A DNA stretch of 64,000 bases from Epithemia pelagica. Lineage: Eukaryota > Protista > Bacillariophyta. A program made the position numbers and the translations under genes. The notes beneath the pieces were generated by a model. It was not told the origin of the DNA and searched no databases. It saw nothing but the letters and a program-made list of their open reading frames with translations. This document shows positions 43,201 through 54,036 of this stretch, in pieces. Where the stretch lies: positions 2,480,001 through 2,544,000 of the forward strand of contig OX337234.1 of assembly GCA_946965045.2 (NCBI GenBank). Reading direction: 5' to 3'. The number at the start of each line of letters is the position of its first letter. Positions within the stretch are counted from its first letter, which is position 1.

Positions 43201-44050
43201 GCTGATAGGGGATCACGAATATCCTGCTGGGTCAGCAAATCAAACTTTCCAAGTGCCAAGAACCCACGCTTGCGGATTCCAGGTATTTGGCCAAGGCACT
43301 CTTCCCTGCACCACTAATACCTTCAATCATGACGAGACCTCGATCACAGCTGGGGCTTGAGGCAGAATTTTCTGTGGTAGTGTCATTGTCCTGGAAAACT
43401 GTAATATCGTTCAAGAGCTTGGTCAAGATTTGCATTTCGTGTTCTCGTCCATACAAATGTTGCTTGTTGGAAAAGTCTAGTTTGTTGACGGATATGCGAT
43501 TTAGTTTGGTACGTGTCATTTCTCGCGTGGTGGTTCGTGTGGGAAGAATTGCGTTTCTCTGGGAATGGGGTGTCGTGGTCATGAGCGTCCGGGTACTGCT
43601 ACTCTTGTTGTTGTTGTTGCTGTTGTTTTGATTCGTCGTCGTCGCGTGCTTGTGGTGATCGTCGTCGTCCAGGATGCGGGGCGACGACGTCAAGGGGATT
43701 GGATGAGACGGATTTTCAAGCAAGGATCGAGCATGAGTCGTCTTGAGGAGAGAAGATGCCGTGCCGTCCCCCGAAATGGAGGACGATACAGTGACATCGT
43801 CCACATAAATATCTCGCGCTGGCAGCAAGGTGGTACTGCTGGATGGTGGTTTTTGTGGCACAACATGGTGTTGCGGCGACGAACCGTTGCTCGGGTGACC
43901 TTCCACGGTTTTCACCGTGTCCACTTGGTGTAACTCGGAGCTGCCTGGTGCCGGGAGAAGAGATATGCGGTTCCCCTCCATATCAACGTCGCCGTGTGCT
44001 TGGGTATTCTCCTGGTTCGTCGTATTCGACGGATACAGAGAAGCACTCAT
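40263..44050 (-). pseudogene. COG3899-like STAND/AAA ATPase + TPR protein with a 1-nt frameshift near 43270
   Basis: LYGREHEMQIL, GISGAGKS, then a frameshift, then GKFD, VCDDLQWCD, KTGGSPL, FCHDKFKEA and HDQALANERLA. No intron-sized gap exists at the junction. Confidence 0.75.
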
Positions 44051-45254
44051 GAATGTGGTGATGAGAAACAAACAAATGTGTGCTCAACAGGAACCGCTTG
44101 AATGCCCTTCTCCTTCTGGTGTTTCTTCGTTTCGCGGTATCGGTCTTTGGGGCTGTATCTCAAAGGATCTTTATCTGTCATGACCTGTTTGACTTGTTGG
44201 TGGTTTGCTTTCGATTTTTTGGTCGACAAACTGTGTGACGAAAGACAAAAATAAAAAATACGAGGTGTATTATTTTTTTTTCACCGGTTTGTGCTTCGTG
44301 CTTCGGGCATTGGACGAGTGTCAGACATCATCAAACACACTTGTATTTAATGGATAGAGCTAGAATCTTGAAGCGCAAAATGTATTGTAAACTCAGCTGT
44401 CACGTCGTGTTCCCAGTCAACAGCCCTACCACTTACGAGTACTTTAAGCAGTCTCATTTTGATAAATCTCCGACTTGTCCCGCAACACCCAAAGCATATC
44501 TTTTCATTCCTTCTTACGTCTGGCTGTCGTCAGTCATAAAGTCCGAATGAGTAGACGTACATTCTACAGTCAGTCAGTCCACAGTCCACACCGACGCGCC
44601 ACAAACACAAACTGTCAGTTCATAACACCATCTCTTGTCAAGGATGTAAGTGCTGACAAGTCAGTTTTTTTTACGTCTGACGAATTGACCGAAAGCGTCA
44701 CAAGTCACGTCAGCCAATTGGGCCGTGACTAATTTGGTGACCAATTTAAGAAAATTCTTTTTTCTTCCCCGGTGCAATTCCATGCGACGAGAAACGTACA
44801 AAAATGAGAAAAAACAAGAAGCATGGAGGTAGACGATGAACCACAACCACCTGTGTCATCCGGGGATGAAGACAAAGACTACGACCCTGAATGTGAAGGT
44901 GACTCTTCTGACGATCTGTGGCAGGGGCATCAACACAACAGGGAAAAGACAATGACAACGAAGATTTCCGGAAAAGTGGAGAGAAAACCTAGAGCCCTTG
45001 CCAACAGTAAATGACAAGAATTATCCTCAAGAGGATCGATGGTACTTTGGCCGCAAGCACTACGTCCGCAATGACAAGTAGCCTCTGTCTAGCTTTGTCT
45101 GTGTGCAGGAGGAAGAGGTGGACGTCGACCCACTCCCGAGTCTCCCGACTATTATGGGAGCGGTCAAGTACCATTAGGAGATGGAGAGTCAACATCAGAT
45201 CTAGAGATCACTCTTCATGTAAGCATCCGTAGCTTAGTAAATGTGTGTTATTGC

Positions 45255-45701
45255 GGGAGTGTGGGGTAAACCTGATATTCTAAGACCCCCATTATCGACC
45301 AAATGCTTACTATGACCAAAATCATATGAGGTACTCGTCTAGAATCGATGATGTTAACTATGCTCTTGAAGCTCTTTGTAGAGGGATTATTGTGGTAATT
45401 TCTCTGTACCGATAGGTTGTTGAAACCGACCTGGGTCGTTTTTGGGTATGACAGCTTTTTCCTGATCAGACCGGGTCAGACCCGGTCTGATCAGGAAAAA
45501 GCTGTCATACCCAAAAACGACCCAGGTCGGTTTCAACAACCTATCGGTACAGAGAAATTATCACAATAATCCCTCTACAAAGAGCTTCAAGAGCATAATG
45601 TAGTTAACATCATCGATTCTACTCATATATGAGTAATGTGATTTTGGTCTACAAACTTGGTCGATAATGGGTCTGAGAATATCAGGTTTACCCCACACCC
45701 C
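45255..45701. repeat. ~445-bp near-perfect palindrome (foldback) centred on 45478
   Basis: ...cctgatcagaccgggtc-A-gacccggtctgatcagg... The arms stay complementary out to gtgtggggtaaacctgatattc / gaatatcaggtttaccccacac, with indels only in the outer parts. Confidence 0.95.
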
Positions 45702-45833
45702 GGAGTACCTAATGCGTCACCCATTTGACTAATTGGATTAAAAGAAGTCACCCTTTGGTCAAAATCTGGTCACGTCAAGTCAGTAAGGGGGTCCGTGACG
45801 TGACCTACTTACATCCTTGCTCTTGTTGTGACA

Positions 45834-46673
45834 ATGAACAAACAAACGGCCACTGTTCTTGCTTCCAATCCATCGGCATTGACATGGATTCAGACGTTGG
45901 AATTGGGCTATGAAGTATCCTCCTCCTCTGCCGCCACGGAACTCAGCGAAGCGTTTTCGGCTGGACGTCGTTGCTTTTACTGTCAACGAGAAGCCTCGAC
46001 CGCCGACAGCGATCCGTCGCCGGAGAAATTGTTGCAATGTTCCAAATGCCGTGTAGCCTGGTATTGCCAAAAGGAATGTCAAGTTCAGGATTGGAAAAAG
46101 AGACACAAGAAATGTTGTGACTCCTTTGGTCGTGTCGGATCACACATGAATTTTTCCTCTTCCGGTTCATTGTTCTCGTCGTCCACCGATCCTTATACCG
46201 TGGACCAAAAGAAGGAAACGGCACGTCGCGACGTCTTTCAAAGGATACGATTTTATGCCTGTGCCTACGCTGTTCACCAATCGACTCATTTGGGACAAGG
46301 ATTCTTATTCATTCAAAGCAATCAAACTTTGGCGGCGATTTCCTTGGCCTTGCCATTGGACGTGTATGGTTATCAGCCCATTGTAAATCGAGGAGTCTTG
46401 TTACACTACTTGACGCTGGGCGAATACGATGCCGAAGTATGTCGAGATGATTTTGAAATGGCTACGATCCGGAGTCAATTACAAACCGCTCTCCAACAAC
46501 AAGAATCGAACCAAGATGTTGTTTTGCTCATGAGATTTCGTTGTGGTCATGTTGCATTGGGCGTCGCAAAACTAGTTCCGGATTTCAATGTGTGCCGAAA
46601 GCTCGGAATGGACTATTTTGGAGATTCGGCACCACCATCACTTCAATTGAATATAGATGACGACGCTCCATGA
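45834..46673 (+). CDS. MYND-type zinc finger protein
   Basis: CFYC...CSKCRVAWYCQKECQVQDWKKRHKKCC. Confidence 0.85.
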   Translation: MNKQTATVLASNPSALTWIQTLELGYEVSSSSAATELSEAFSAGRRCFYCQREASTADSDPSPEKLLQCSKCRVAWYCQKECQVQDWKKRHKKCCDSFGRVGSHMNFSSSGSLFSSSTDPYTVDQKKETARRDVFQRIRFYACAYAVHQSTHLGQGFLFIQSNQTLAAISLALPLDVYGYQPIVNRGVLLHYLTLGEYDAEVCRDDFEMATIRSQLQTALQQQESNQDVVLLMRFRCGHVALGVAKLVPDFNVCRKLGMDYFGDSAPPSLQLNIDDDAP

Positions 46674-46768
46674 TAAAACAAATCGAAATCTTGACACAAC
46701 AACTGATTAAGCTATCGAATCGGTCGATGTTTCTATTGCACAAAGTATGGTAGGCTACATGTTCATAA

Positions 46769-49700
46769 CTAATAATTTTCTCGTAGCAGTCGTCGAACAT
46801 TGACGGGGAGATTCCTTTGCACAGTTGCCCACACTTCTTCCCCCACAAAGTTCTTCATGTCGTGTACCAACCCTCGAACGCTGGCTTGCAATTCAACTTC
46901 ATGAGCCGGAAAGGGCAAAAAGGAATACTCACCTCCATTTAACAGCACAATCGACCGATCCGACACTTGAGGAGGCATGTGCCAGGTAATCACGGCAAAC
47001 AAAATGCAAGCCACGGCGTCGGGAACATTGACGGACGCCTGCGATATTGCTTGTGGATTGGTGTACAGTACTTGTATAAAACCTTGAAAAGCATCACGAC
47101 GTTCATCTGGATCACTAATTTTGGCCATACCATCGCACCATCCCATGAGAAACCGAGCAAGATCCGGAGCTACAAACGCCGGATTCACCTTGGCCAAACG
47201 ACCGGCACACGCCGCAGCATTTTCCGCCACACCCGGAATGTCGCATCCACGAGGAGCGTGCATGCCAGTCGAGTGATTCCCATTGACACCGCCACTACTA
47301 CTGTCGCCCAGAACCCCATTGCCCATCAAAAGTGCAATCAAGTTTTGCATCAAGGCAGGGACGAAGGGCTCCAGAGGTTGTGGCTGTAATCCCTGACAAC
47401 GAACGCATATTTCTCCCATGGCCCACACTGCATTGTTGCAAACGGTTGGCTGAATCGGATCCATATTAGTCAGCAACGAATGCTGCAAGAGGTCCGACAA
47501 GACTGGTTCCAAGACTTGAGGTGCCGAACGCGCCAAGTCCCCCAACAAGGCCAAGGCACTCATGCGTACACCCGCCAGGTCATGTTGACACAAGGTGTGC
47601 ACGACCGTCACAAAATGGAGTGGATTGGAGGTCCCACCAAAACGTTGACTACTGGCAATTAATGACGGGAAATTGGACCCCAAACCTTCTACCAGTCCAT
47701 CCAACAAGTCTGTTGCACAAATGATGGGATCGGCTTCTTCTTCATTGTCCACGATCGGAGGATCTAGAGGGTTGTTGGAGGATGTTCCTGCGTTCATTGA
47801 TGCGTTGGAGGCGAGTATCAATTGAACGGCTTCAATAATGCCCATGCTATTTTCAAAGCATTCCAAGGCGTAAGGTTGAAAGTTCTTTCCAGATGTCATG
47901 GATATGCTGGCCAAGCATTCCATAAGAGGTAACAGGGTACGATCCGTGGGATCTTGATTGGCCAACTGATTCCACAGGTTCATAATGGGTGGCATGTAGA
48001 TAGAGGGTAACTCGCCTTCGGCAATGGAAGGTCCACAACAGTCCGCCAAATTTCCGAATAAGTCCAAAACCAAGAGCAGGGTTCGGCCGCTCACTCGGGG
48101 CGTTGGAGACAAGAGAGATGCCAAGGCACGGTATATATGGGGAAGATAGGGTGTCAACAAATCACCCGCAGCTTCTACCACCTGACTCAACGCCGAACAG
48201 ACTGCCACTTGAACGCGGCGATTGGGATCGGTGGTGAGTCGATGCATGAATACCTCCGTCATCTGAGCCAGCAAATGGCCCTGTGCACCCGATTGTACCT
48301 GTTGTACCGCCCACGGAGCGTACCTCCCCAATGTCCACGCTGCAATGCAGCTCACCTGTGGAAGGGAGGGAGGTGTAGGAGGGTTTGTCTGGGCCGAGGA
48401 AGGATTGTGAGTCGTTTCCATGTGATTCATCAAATATGGATGTAACTGTGATAAATGAGGACTCATTTCTTCAAAACAACCCTCGGCAATTGCACCCAGC
48501 GCCAAGATGGACGCTTCTTGGATCCACGGATCGGTGGTCTGAGCCAGAGCACGTTCAAGCTCTGGTAAAAGAGTAGGTAGAAGCGGCTCCGCTCCATATA
48601 GGTTCGCCAATGCATCCAAACTAGCTGCTGCGCATTTTCTCAACGTCCATTCATGACCATCGTCGTCCGCATCGTCGAAACCAGTTTCATCATCTTGTTC
48701 ATAGCCGTCATCATCAACGTCTTCGTCTTCATCGTCGTCGTTTGCTTGTGACATGGATGGCTGTTGTTTTGGTTGCGACGATGCGTTGGCTCGACTTCGA
48801 TGAAAGACTGGTCGGAGGGTTTCGTTCCGATCGGATTGAAGATCTAGTTCATTCCGTGCGAGAATTTCCACACGCTGTTCGGGTTGGTACACCATACAGT
48901 GCAAAAGGACAGGGATGAGCTGAGGCAACATGGCTTGAATGGTATCCATCATTGCGGGTGTGACGACGGATTCGTCCAGACTACTAAAGGTTAACCAAAA
49001 CTCACAAGCCTCGGAAGCCAGTTCGACGGATTCTCCCTTTGTACAGTCGAGTAAGAATCGAGCAACGGGCTCCAAATGTGCTTGAATGTATTCCGTGCGA
49101 ATTTCTAACATGGTGACCAGACTTTTGCATACCCATTTGCGCACCTCAATGCTGGGGTCTTGTATGGCCAAGTTGCTCAAAGCTTCCAAATACGACGAGA
49201 AATGTAAAACCAGTGAACTTGGTAGCTGAGACAAGGCCAAACAGGTGGAAAGAGTTTTCAGAGCATGAATTTTGGCCTGTTCATTCGACAGACTGGGGTT
49301 CAAGAAACGAAGAAGTGCTGGTACAAGCGCATCCAAACCTTCTTGATCCAACTGGGTGGGTCCATCTTCCATCATTTTCTGTAGTGTGCTGAGGGATCCT
49401 TCTTGTATACATGTAGTGTCTTGAGCGGGTTGCAAATGTTGAATCAGAGTGGAAACAAGATGTGGCCATTGCCGTATATGCAGAGCTGGTTGAATCTGTC
49501 GGGTTGAGACAGCTGTTGTGGCAATCACCGATGAGGCGACGGATCTCAACGCAACGTTCTGACAGCCCAAGGCATAAAGCAAGGTTTCCTTTAGATGGTC
49601 TGCAAGGGAACCCGATTCCAGTGCCATCAAGTGCCCCTCGGCACTCACAGGAGGCCGAATCAGGGCGTTCTTTAGAACCAACCCTGCCATTTGGCCAAAA

Positions 49701-50062
49701 GGTATCCATAACGTATCGTTGAACCCCTGTCCGTCCTGCTGCACCAATCGCGCAAAATTCTGAGGATCTTGTTGTTGCCATGATTCCAGCGACTGGACTC
49801 GAGATAACATAAATTGGGGATTGTCGCATCCCACGAGGCAGAACGCAAGTTGCAAACACAGCTCCCCATACGAGGCCAAGGAGGCCGATAGAGCTTCGTC
49901 GCGTGCTCGAAGAGCTTGAACGTGCACATTGGCAGGTTCTGGATTGGACAATGCCGAAATCAAATGGAGAGCTTGGGCCGATGGGGGAGGAGGTGGAGGA
50001 CCAACTGCGGCGCCACCTTGCAATGTTGGAGGTGGAATGGACGGTCGGGCAGGTACCACCAT
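46769..50062 (-). CDS. TNPO1: transportin-1 (importin beta-2)
   Basis: HEAT-repeat protein with an acidic loop followed by WTLRKCAAASLDALA, QEASILALGAIAEGC, EACEFWL, ACEFW and CNNAVWAMGEI. Confidence 0.93.
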   Translation of the reverse strand: MVVPARPSIPPPTLQGGAAVGPPPPPPSAQALHLISALSNPEPANVHVQALRARDEALSASLASYGELCLQLAFCLVGCDNPQFMLSRVQSLESWQQQDPQNFARLVQQDGQGFNDTLWIPFGQMAGLVLKNALIRPPVSAEGHLMALESGSLADHLKETLLYALGCQNVALRSVASSVIATTAVSTRQIQPALHIRQWPHLVSTLIQHLQPAQDTTCIQEGSLSTLQKMMEDGPTQLDQEGLDALVPALLRFLNPSLSNEQAKIHALKTLSTCLALSQLPSSLVLHFSSYLEALSNLAIQDPSIEVRKWVCKSLVTMLEIRTEYIQAHLEPVARFLLDCTKGESVELASEACEFWLTFSSLDESVVTPAMMDTIQAMLPQLIPVLLHCMVYQPEQRVEILARNELDLQSDRNETLRPVFHRSRANASSQPKQQPSMSQANDDDEDEDVDDDGYEQDDETGFDDADDDGHEWTLRKCAAASLDALANLYGAEPLLPTLLPELERALAQTTDPWIQEASILALGAIAEGCFEEMSPHLSQLHPYLMNHMETTHNPSSAQTNPPTPPSLPQVSCIAAWTLGRYAPWAVQQVQSGAQGHLLAQMTEVFMHRLTTDPNRRVQVAVCSALSQVVEAAGDLLTPYLPHIYRALASLLSPTPRVSGRTLLLVLDLFGNLADCCGPSIAEGELPSIYMPPIMNLWNQLANQDPTDRTLLPLMECLASISMTSGKNFQPYALECFENSMGIIEAVQLILASNASMNAGTSSNNPLDPPIVDNEEEADPIICATDLLDGLVEGLGSNFPSLIASSQRFGGTSNPLHFVTVVHTLCQHDLAGVRMSALALLGDLARSAPQVLEPVLSDLLQHSLLTNMDPIQPTVCNNAVWAMGEICVRCQGLQPQPLEPFVPALMQNLIALLMGNGVLGDSSSGGVNGNHSTGMHAPRGCDIPGVAENAAACAGRLAKVNPAFVAPDLARFLMGWCDGMAKISDPDERRDAFQGFIQVLYTNPQAISQASVNVPDAVACILFAVITWHMPPQVSDRSIVLLNGGEYSFLPFPAHEVELQASVRGLVHDMKNFVGEEVWATVQRNLPVNVRRLLRENY

Positions 50063-50286
50063 CTTCTACAGCGCCAAAGATGTGAGATCCGACTTATTTC
50101 TATGTTCTTCTATTTCAAAGAAGTAAAAACGACGACAGAATGGATGGTGAACAAAAAAGTTCGTCGTTTTCCTCTAGCTAGTTTCAGTAATAGGTAGTTT
50201 TTTGTGGCATCTGCTAGTTTCGTGGCGCGAGCAGCGGCAGCGAGCAGACGTATGCTGATTCCGTACGTGTATATCAAAGCACCACC

Positions 50287-50892
50287 ATGGCGCTCGAAGC
50301 ACTCCGCCACCAAGTTCTCGGTATCGCATCGAAATGGTACAAAAACGCCCTTGCCTATGAGCTCAACAAGATGGGTAGGTCCATGTAGCCGGTTGTACGC
50401 GTGAAACTGCTGGACAGTGTTTTGAGATGTCATCTGTGTCTTTGTCCGTCAGCGGTGGTTGAATTTGTCTCTCTTCTATTATCGGCACAGAGGATATGGA
50501 AGCTGATAGCAAGCTTATTTCAGTTTCAATAACTCTCACGCATCATCTTTTTTGTTTTTGATTTTTTGTCCGGCTTTCTGACGGTCATACGTTCCTGTTC
50601 CCGATTCCATTTCTCTTCGGTTCCGTTTGGTACGAAAGGCTTGAGAGCCGAGGACCTTTTCATCAAGACAACGGAAGTTGAAGAGGCGTTGAAATTGTCG
50701 GACCCTGATATTGCCAAGGGACGTTACCGTCGCATGCTGCGAGCATCTGATCTCACCTTCAAGGGAAAAGAATACACGGATTATAAATCGACGGACGGCC
50801 TGGAACCATTCAAGTTTGAGCTGTGGCCCATGATTGATAGAATCAAGGCCCGTGACGCGGAATACGACGTACTGAATCTTCACAAGAAATAA
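50287..50892 (+). CDS. QCR7: cytochrome bc1 complex subunit 7 (exons 50287-50374, 50639-50892)
   Basis: WYKNALAYELNKMG|LRAEDL...VEEALKL...RYRRMLRASDLTFK...PF. The intron is phase 1, GT-AG. Confidence 0.85.
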
Positions 50893-51068
50893 GGAGTGAG
50901 CTCCATGAAATATGTCGCTTAGGATTAGTTGAATCATGAGGTCAAATCTCTTACATCTAGAAGTTGTTATCTTTGTGGTTCACAACATATTCGGTTTGTT
51001 CGAGTATTTGGTCTAGGTCTAATAAAATTTGCGATAGCTTCGCCTTCACTAAGAGGCTGGAAGAAAGT

Positions 51069-52121
51069 TCATACTAATGCCAACATTCGTTCCGTTGTGG
51101 TGGTCACGTCCTTCTGAACTGCAAGTGGTTTGGTCATGTACCACAAATCTCCCAGTCTATCATCGCCGCGGTTGTCACATGTCACCGTGGTTTCAAACCC
51201 CATGCTTTCATACAGAGCCATTGCTGGTTGGTTTGCCTTTTCCACATAGAGTCCCAAATGAGGGGACTTCCACTTTCTTTGCACGATACGTTCGGCCAAT
51301 CCAAGCATGCGAGTTGCGATTCCCTTTCTTCTCCACTCCTTTGCAGTGGCTAGATTGGTGATAGCCGGGGAAAATGCGACACCGACAGAATCTTCGTCCT
51401 CATCTTCGGAATCAGCTCGTTCCGCCAACAATGGATTGGACAGCATGGCTACTTCACAAAACCCAACAACTTGTTGACTAGCAACATCCTCTGCTGTCAT
51501 TTGTATGTGATGGAACCAGCTTGCATTGTCCGGTGTCAATGCAAAATTGTGCCTTCTCCATACATTATCTTCTCCAGTACCTGCCGACGCCTTTGCAATC
51601 TCATTTCGTAACCTGTCACCAGTGGCCCACAAGAGCTTGAGACGTTCTTGATCCGTAAGCTTCGCAAAGTGAGGTTCCAGTCTACGGTACGCCTTTTGAC
51701 CTTCTTCCATCGCTTGCATTCGAGTTCTCAACAAGAACTCAATATCTGTTTGGGCCATTTGTTGGTCCAATCGCGCTCTCCACGTGCCGAGACCCCAACC
51801 ATTTTTGTGGGCTGGTTCCGATTGTTGAGCCGACATTGTCGCTGTTGACAACATTTTCGCCACAATAGGGAGATCTGACGAGATTGTTGTACGAACACGA
51901 ATGGAGCGTCTTGCTGCCGTATCGGTAGCAACCTTGACATCGGAACCCACTAATTTCGACGATTCGAGTTGCCATGATGCCCCACAGAATGACGAGTCGC
52001 CAGTAGACCATCTGTAAGGTTGCCCGACGCCTCGAAGGGAGCTGATTCCACCAAATGCAACGGTAGAGTCCACAAGCGATGCCAGTAAGAGAGAGACCAG
52101 TGCAAGCAACCGCCGATACAT
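51069..52121 (-). CDS. GNAT N-acetyltransferase, probably plastid-targeted
   Basis: ITNLATAKEWRRKGIATRML (acetyl-CoA loop) and LYVEKANQPAMALYESMGF. The signal peptide ends in TVAF. Confidence 0.85.
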   Translation of the reverse strand: MYRRLLALVSLLLASLVDSTVAFGGISSLRGVGQPYRWSTGDSSFCGASWQLESSKLVGSDVKVATDTAARRSIRVRTTISSDLPIVAKMLSTATMSAQQSEPAHKNGWGLGTWRARLDQQMAQTDIEFLLRTRMQAMEEGQKAYRRLEPHFAKLTDQERLKLLWATGDRLRNEIAKASAGTGEDNVWRRHNFALTPDNASWFHHIQMTAEDVASQQVVGFCEVAMLSNPLLAERADSEDEDEDSVGVAFSPAITNLATAKEWRRKGIATRMLGLAERIVQRKWKSPHLGLYVEKANQPAMALYESMGFETTVTCDNRGDDRLGDLWYMTKPLAVQKDVTTTTERMLALV

Positions 52122-52730
52122 GATGAGATTAACCTCCTCTTGTCCCATACTTTTGCTTTATCATTCTTCTCCGATTTCACACATCAATTAATTTTTTTGT
52201 TGTGACGAAGAATGAAGATGAGAAAACGATCTCTCTGCGCAGGACACGTGCGACGACGAAAGCGAGTTGATTGGGCCACGATATGACGTCATACCAAATC
52301 GACTCATTTAACCATTCCCCATCGACTCGATTGAGTCCGACTCCTCTCCTACTCCTAGGACTACTCCTAGGAGTAGGTGAAGGTCGGTGCTCCTGTTTAT
52401 ATCAAAAGGTTAATGACCCGGACTGACATTGATTCCTATACGGAGATCGACGAAGGACACCCGCTCATTGCACTCCTACTAGCAGCATACTCTCTAGAAG
52501 AAAAGAAAGATAACATTAGGGGAAATACTCTTACACCTGTTGCTCCTTAATCTGACACAGCCCCTGTTCGAGAAGCCGAAACATACTGTTTCAAACGACA
52601 TACTTTAGGGCGTGTTTCAGAAGGAGGGGTGGTCGTGTAAGATGCACTGTGGAACTGTGTACTCCCAGCTTTTTTAAGAGTAGCAGATCCATGTTATGGG
52701 CCCTGCTTCGGCACTATATTCAGAATGGTT

Positions 52731-53681
52731 CTATGTTGTGCCACCGCCATAGCTTTTCACAATCATAGAATTGGACGAGCCATGGCTTTTTGGATCTGTC
52801 TTTGCTCGCTCTACCAATTTGTTTGCTGTATAAAGTGCATGGTCACGGGTCATGAATCGGTACACATCTTGTAGTGTTCCGAAACGACTGGCATACGAAT
52901 GAACCGATTCCAAACTCTGTTTTTCTTTATCGGACCGGGCTTGAAGAGCATCTTTATCAAGACCCGTATTTTTGGAAACCAAGTACAGTAGGTTGTACCC
53001 CAGATTTGGTTCGACAGCCAAAAAGATCCAATCAAAGATTGCTTTGGTCCGCTCCATGTGAAATTCACTTGTAATGATCAAAAGCCTCCGCCATCCGTTA
53101 ATATCAGTATGACTCGTCCTTGTGTAGAATGCGTTTCCGATTGTATCATAAGAAGTTGTTTCAACGTACAGATTAGAGAGACCGTGCATCCGTTGAAGAT
53201 AGGCGGCCGAAGACGTGCTTTCCCACACGGGCAAGCCATCCTTGGCGAGAAGTTGCGGTACATGAGCAGTGCCTGCTGAAAGGCACAATACTGGTAGATC
53301 GTTGGATTTCATTGACTTTGAATCCAACTTTATCCTGGATGATGACGTTTTCACTTTCTCGAGTTCACGTCTTTTTTTAACCACTTGGGCCGCAAGGTCA
53401 CATCGTTCTTTGGTATACTTGGGCGGGTTTTCAAGGGATTCCGGTGCTCCTCCTCCTAGAACTAGGATGGCATCCAGCTTTAAAATATCCGATGCGGGTA
53501 TTTCGTGGACAAACTCATATATCTGTTGTTTATCGTCCCCATTCTGTCGTTGTTGTCCACTCCATGCAGAAGCAACCAATACAAAGAAAAGAGTCACTCC
53601 AAAAACTGCAAGCACAACTTCTGACCGAGGCCCCGACGATACTCGGGCTCGTCGTCTCCTTCCATCCAACATGATTTTCAT
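52731..53681 (-). CDS. DUF218/YdcF-like protein with an N-terminal membrane anchor
   Basis: DAILVLGGG, SAGTAH, ETTSYDTIGNAFY and IITSEFHMERTKAIF. Confidence 0.85.
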   Translation of the reverse strand: MKIMLDGRRRRARVSSGPRSEVVLAVFGVTLFFVLVASAWSGQQRQNGDDKQQIYEFVHEIPASDILKLDAILVLGGGAPESLENPPKYTKERCDLAAQVVKKRRELEKVKTSSSRIKLDSKSMKSNDLPVLCLSAGTAHVPQLLAKDGLPVWESTSSAAYLQRMHGLSNLYVETTSYDTIGNAFYTRTSHTDINGWRRLLIITSEFHMERTKAIFDWIFLAVEPNLGYNLLYLVSKNTGLDKDALQARSDKEKQSLESVHSYASRFGTLQDVYRFMTRDHALYTANKLVERAKTDPKSHGSSNSMIVKSYGGGTT

Positions 53682-54036
53682 CTTGTGGTGGTCTTTTGAA
53701 GATGTCTCTTCTTGCCGATCCTTGCAAAGATCTTGTTCACTCTTACTCCTAGGTCACGTTCCGAATGTTGTGCTACTCATAAGCGATCTAAGTGCCGTTA
53801 TGAAGCTTTCAGTCGCTTCCAAGGTCATTGCAGGCGCGCCGGCATTTCCTACTTACAACTTACAATGATCATTTTTTTCGCAGGACGTGACCCTGGCGCG
53901 TGTCATTGCGCCTAGCGACACCACAGAATCTACAATTATTTTTGCAATCCATTTCCATCATATTTCTTCCAGCAGAGAGGACAAAGACACACACCGCCAT
54001 TGCATATAGATCAGAGCAAACAACAAGTGCTTCAAA

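Noticed and set aside
44823-45014. Short acidic ORF MEVDDEPQ...DYDPECE resembling a transposase N-terminus
   Set aside because: Only 63 aa with no catalytic motifs. Mentioned only as part of a possible relic.
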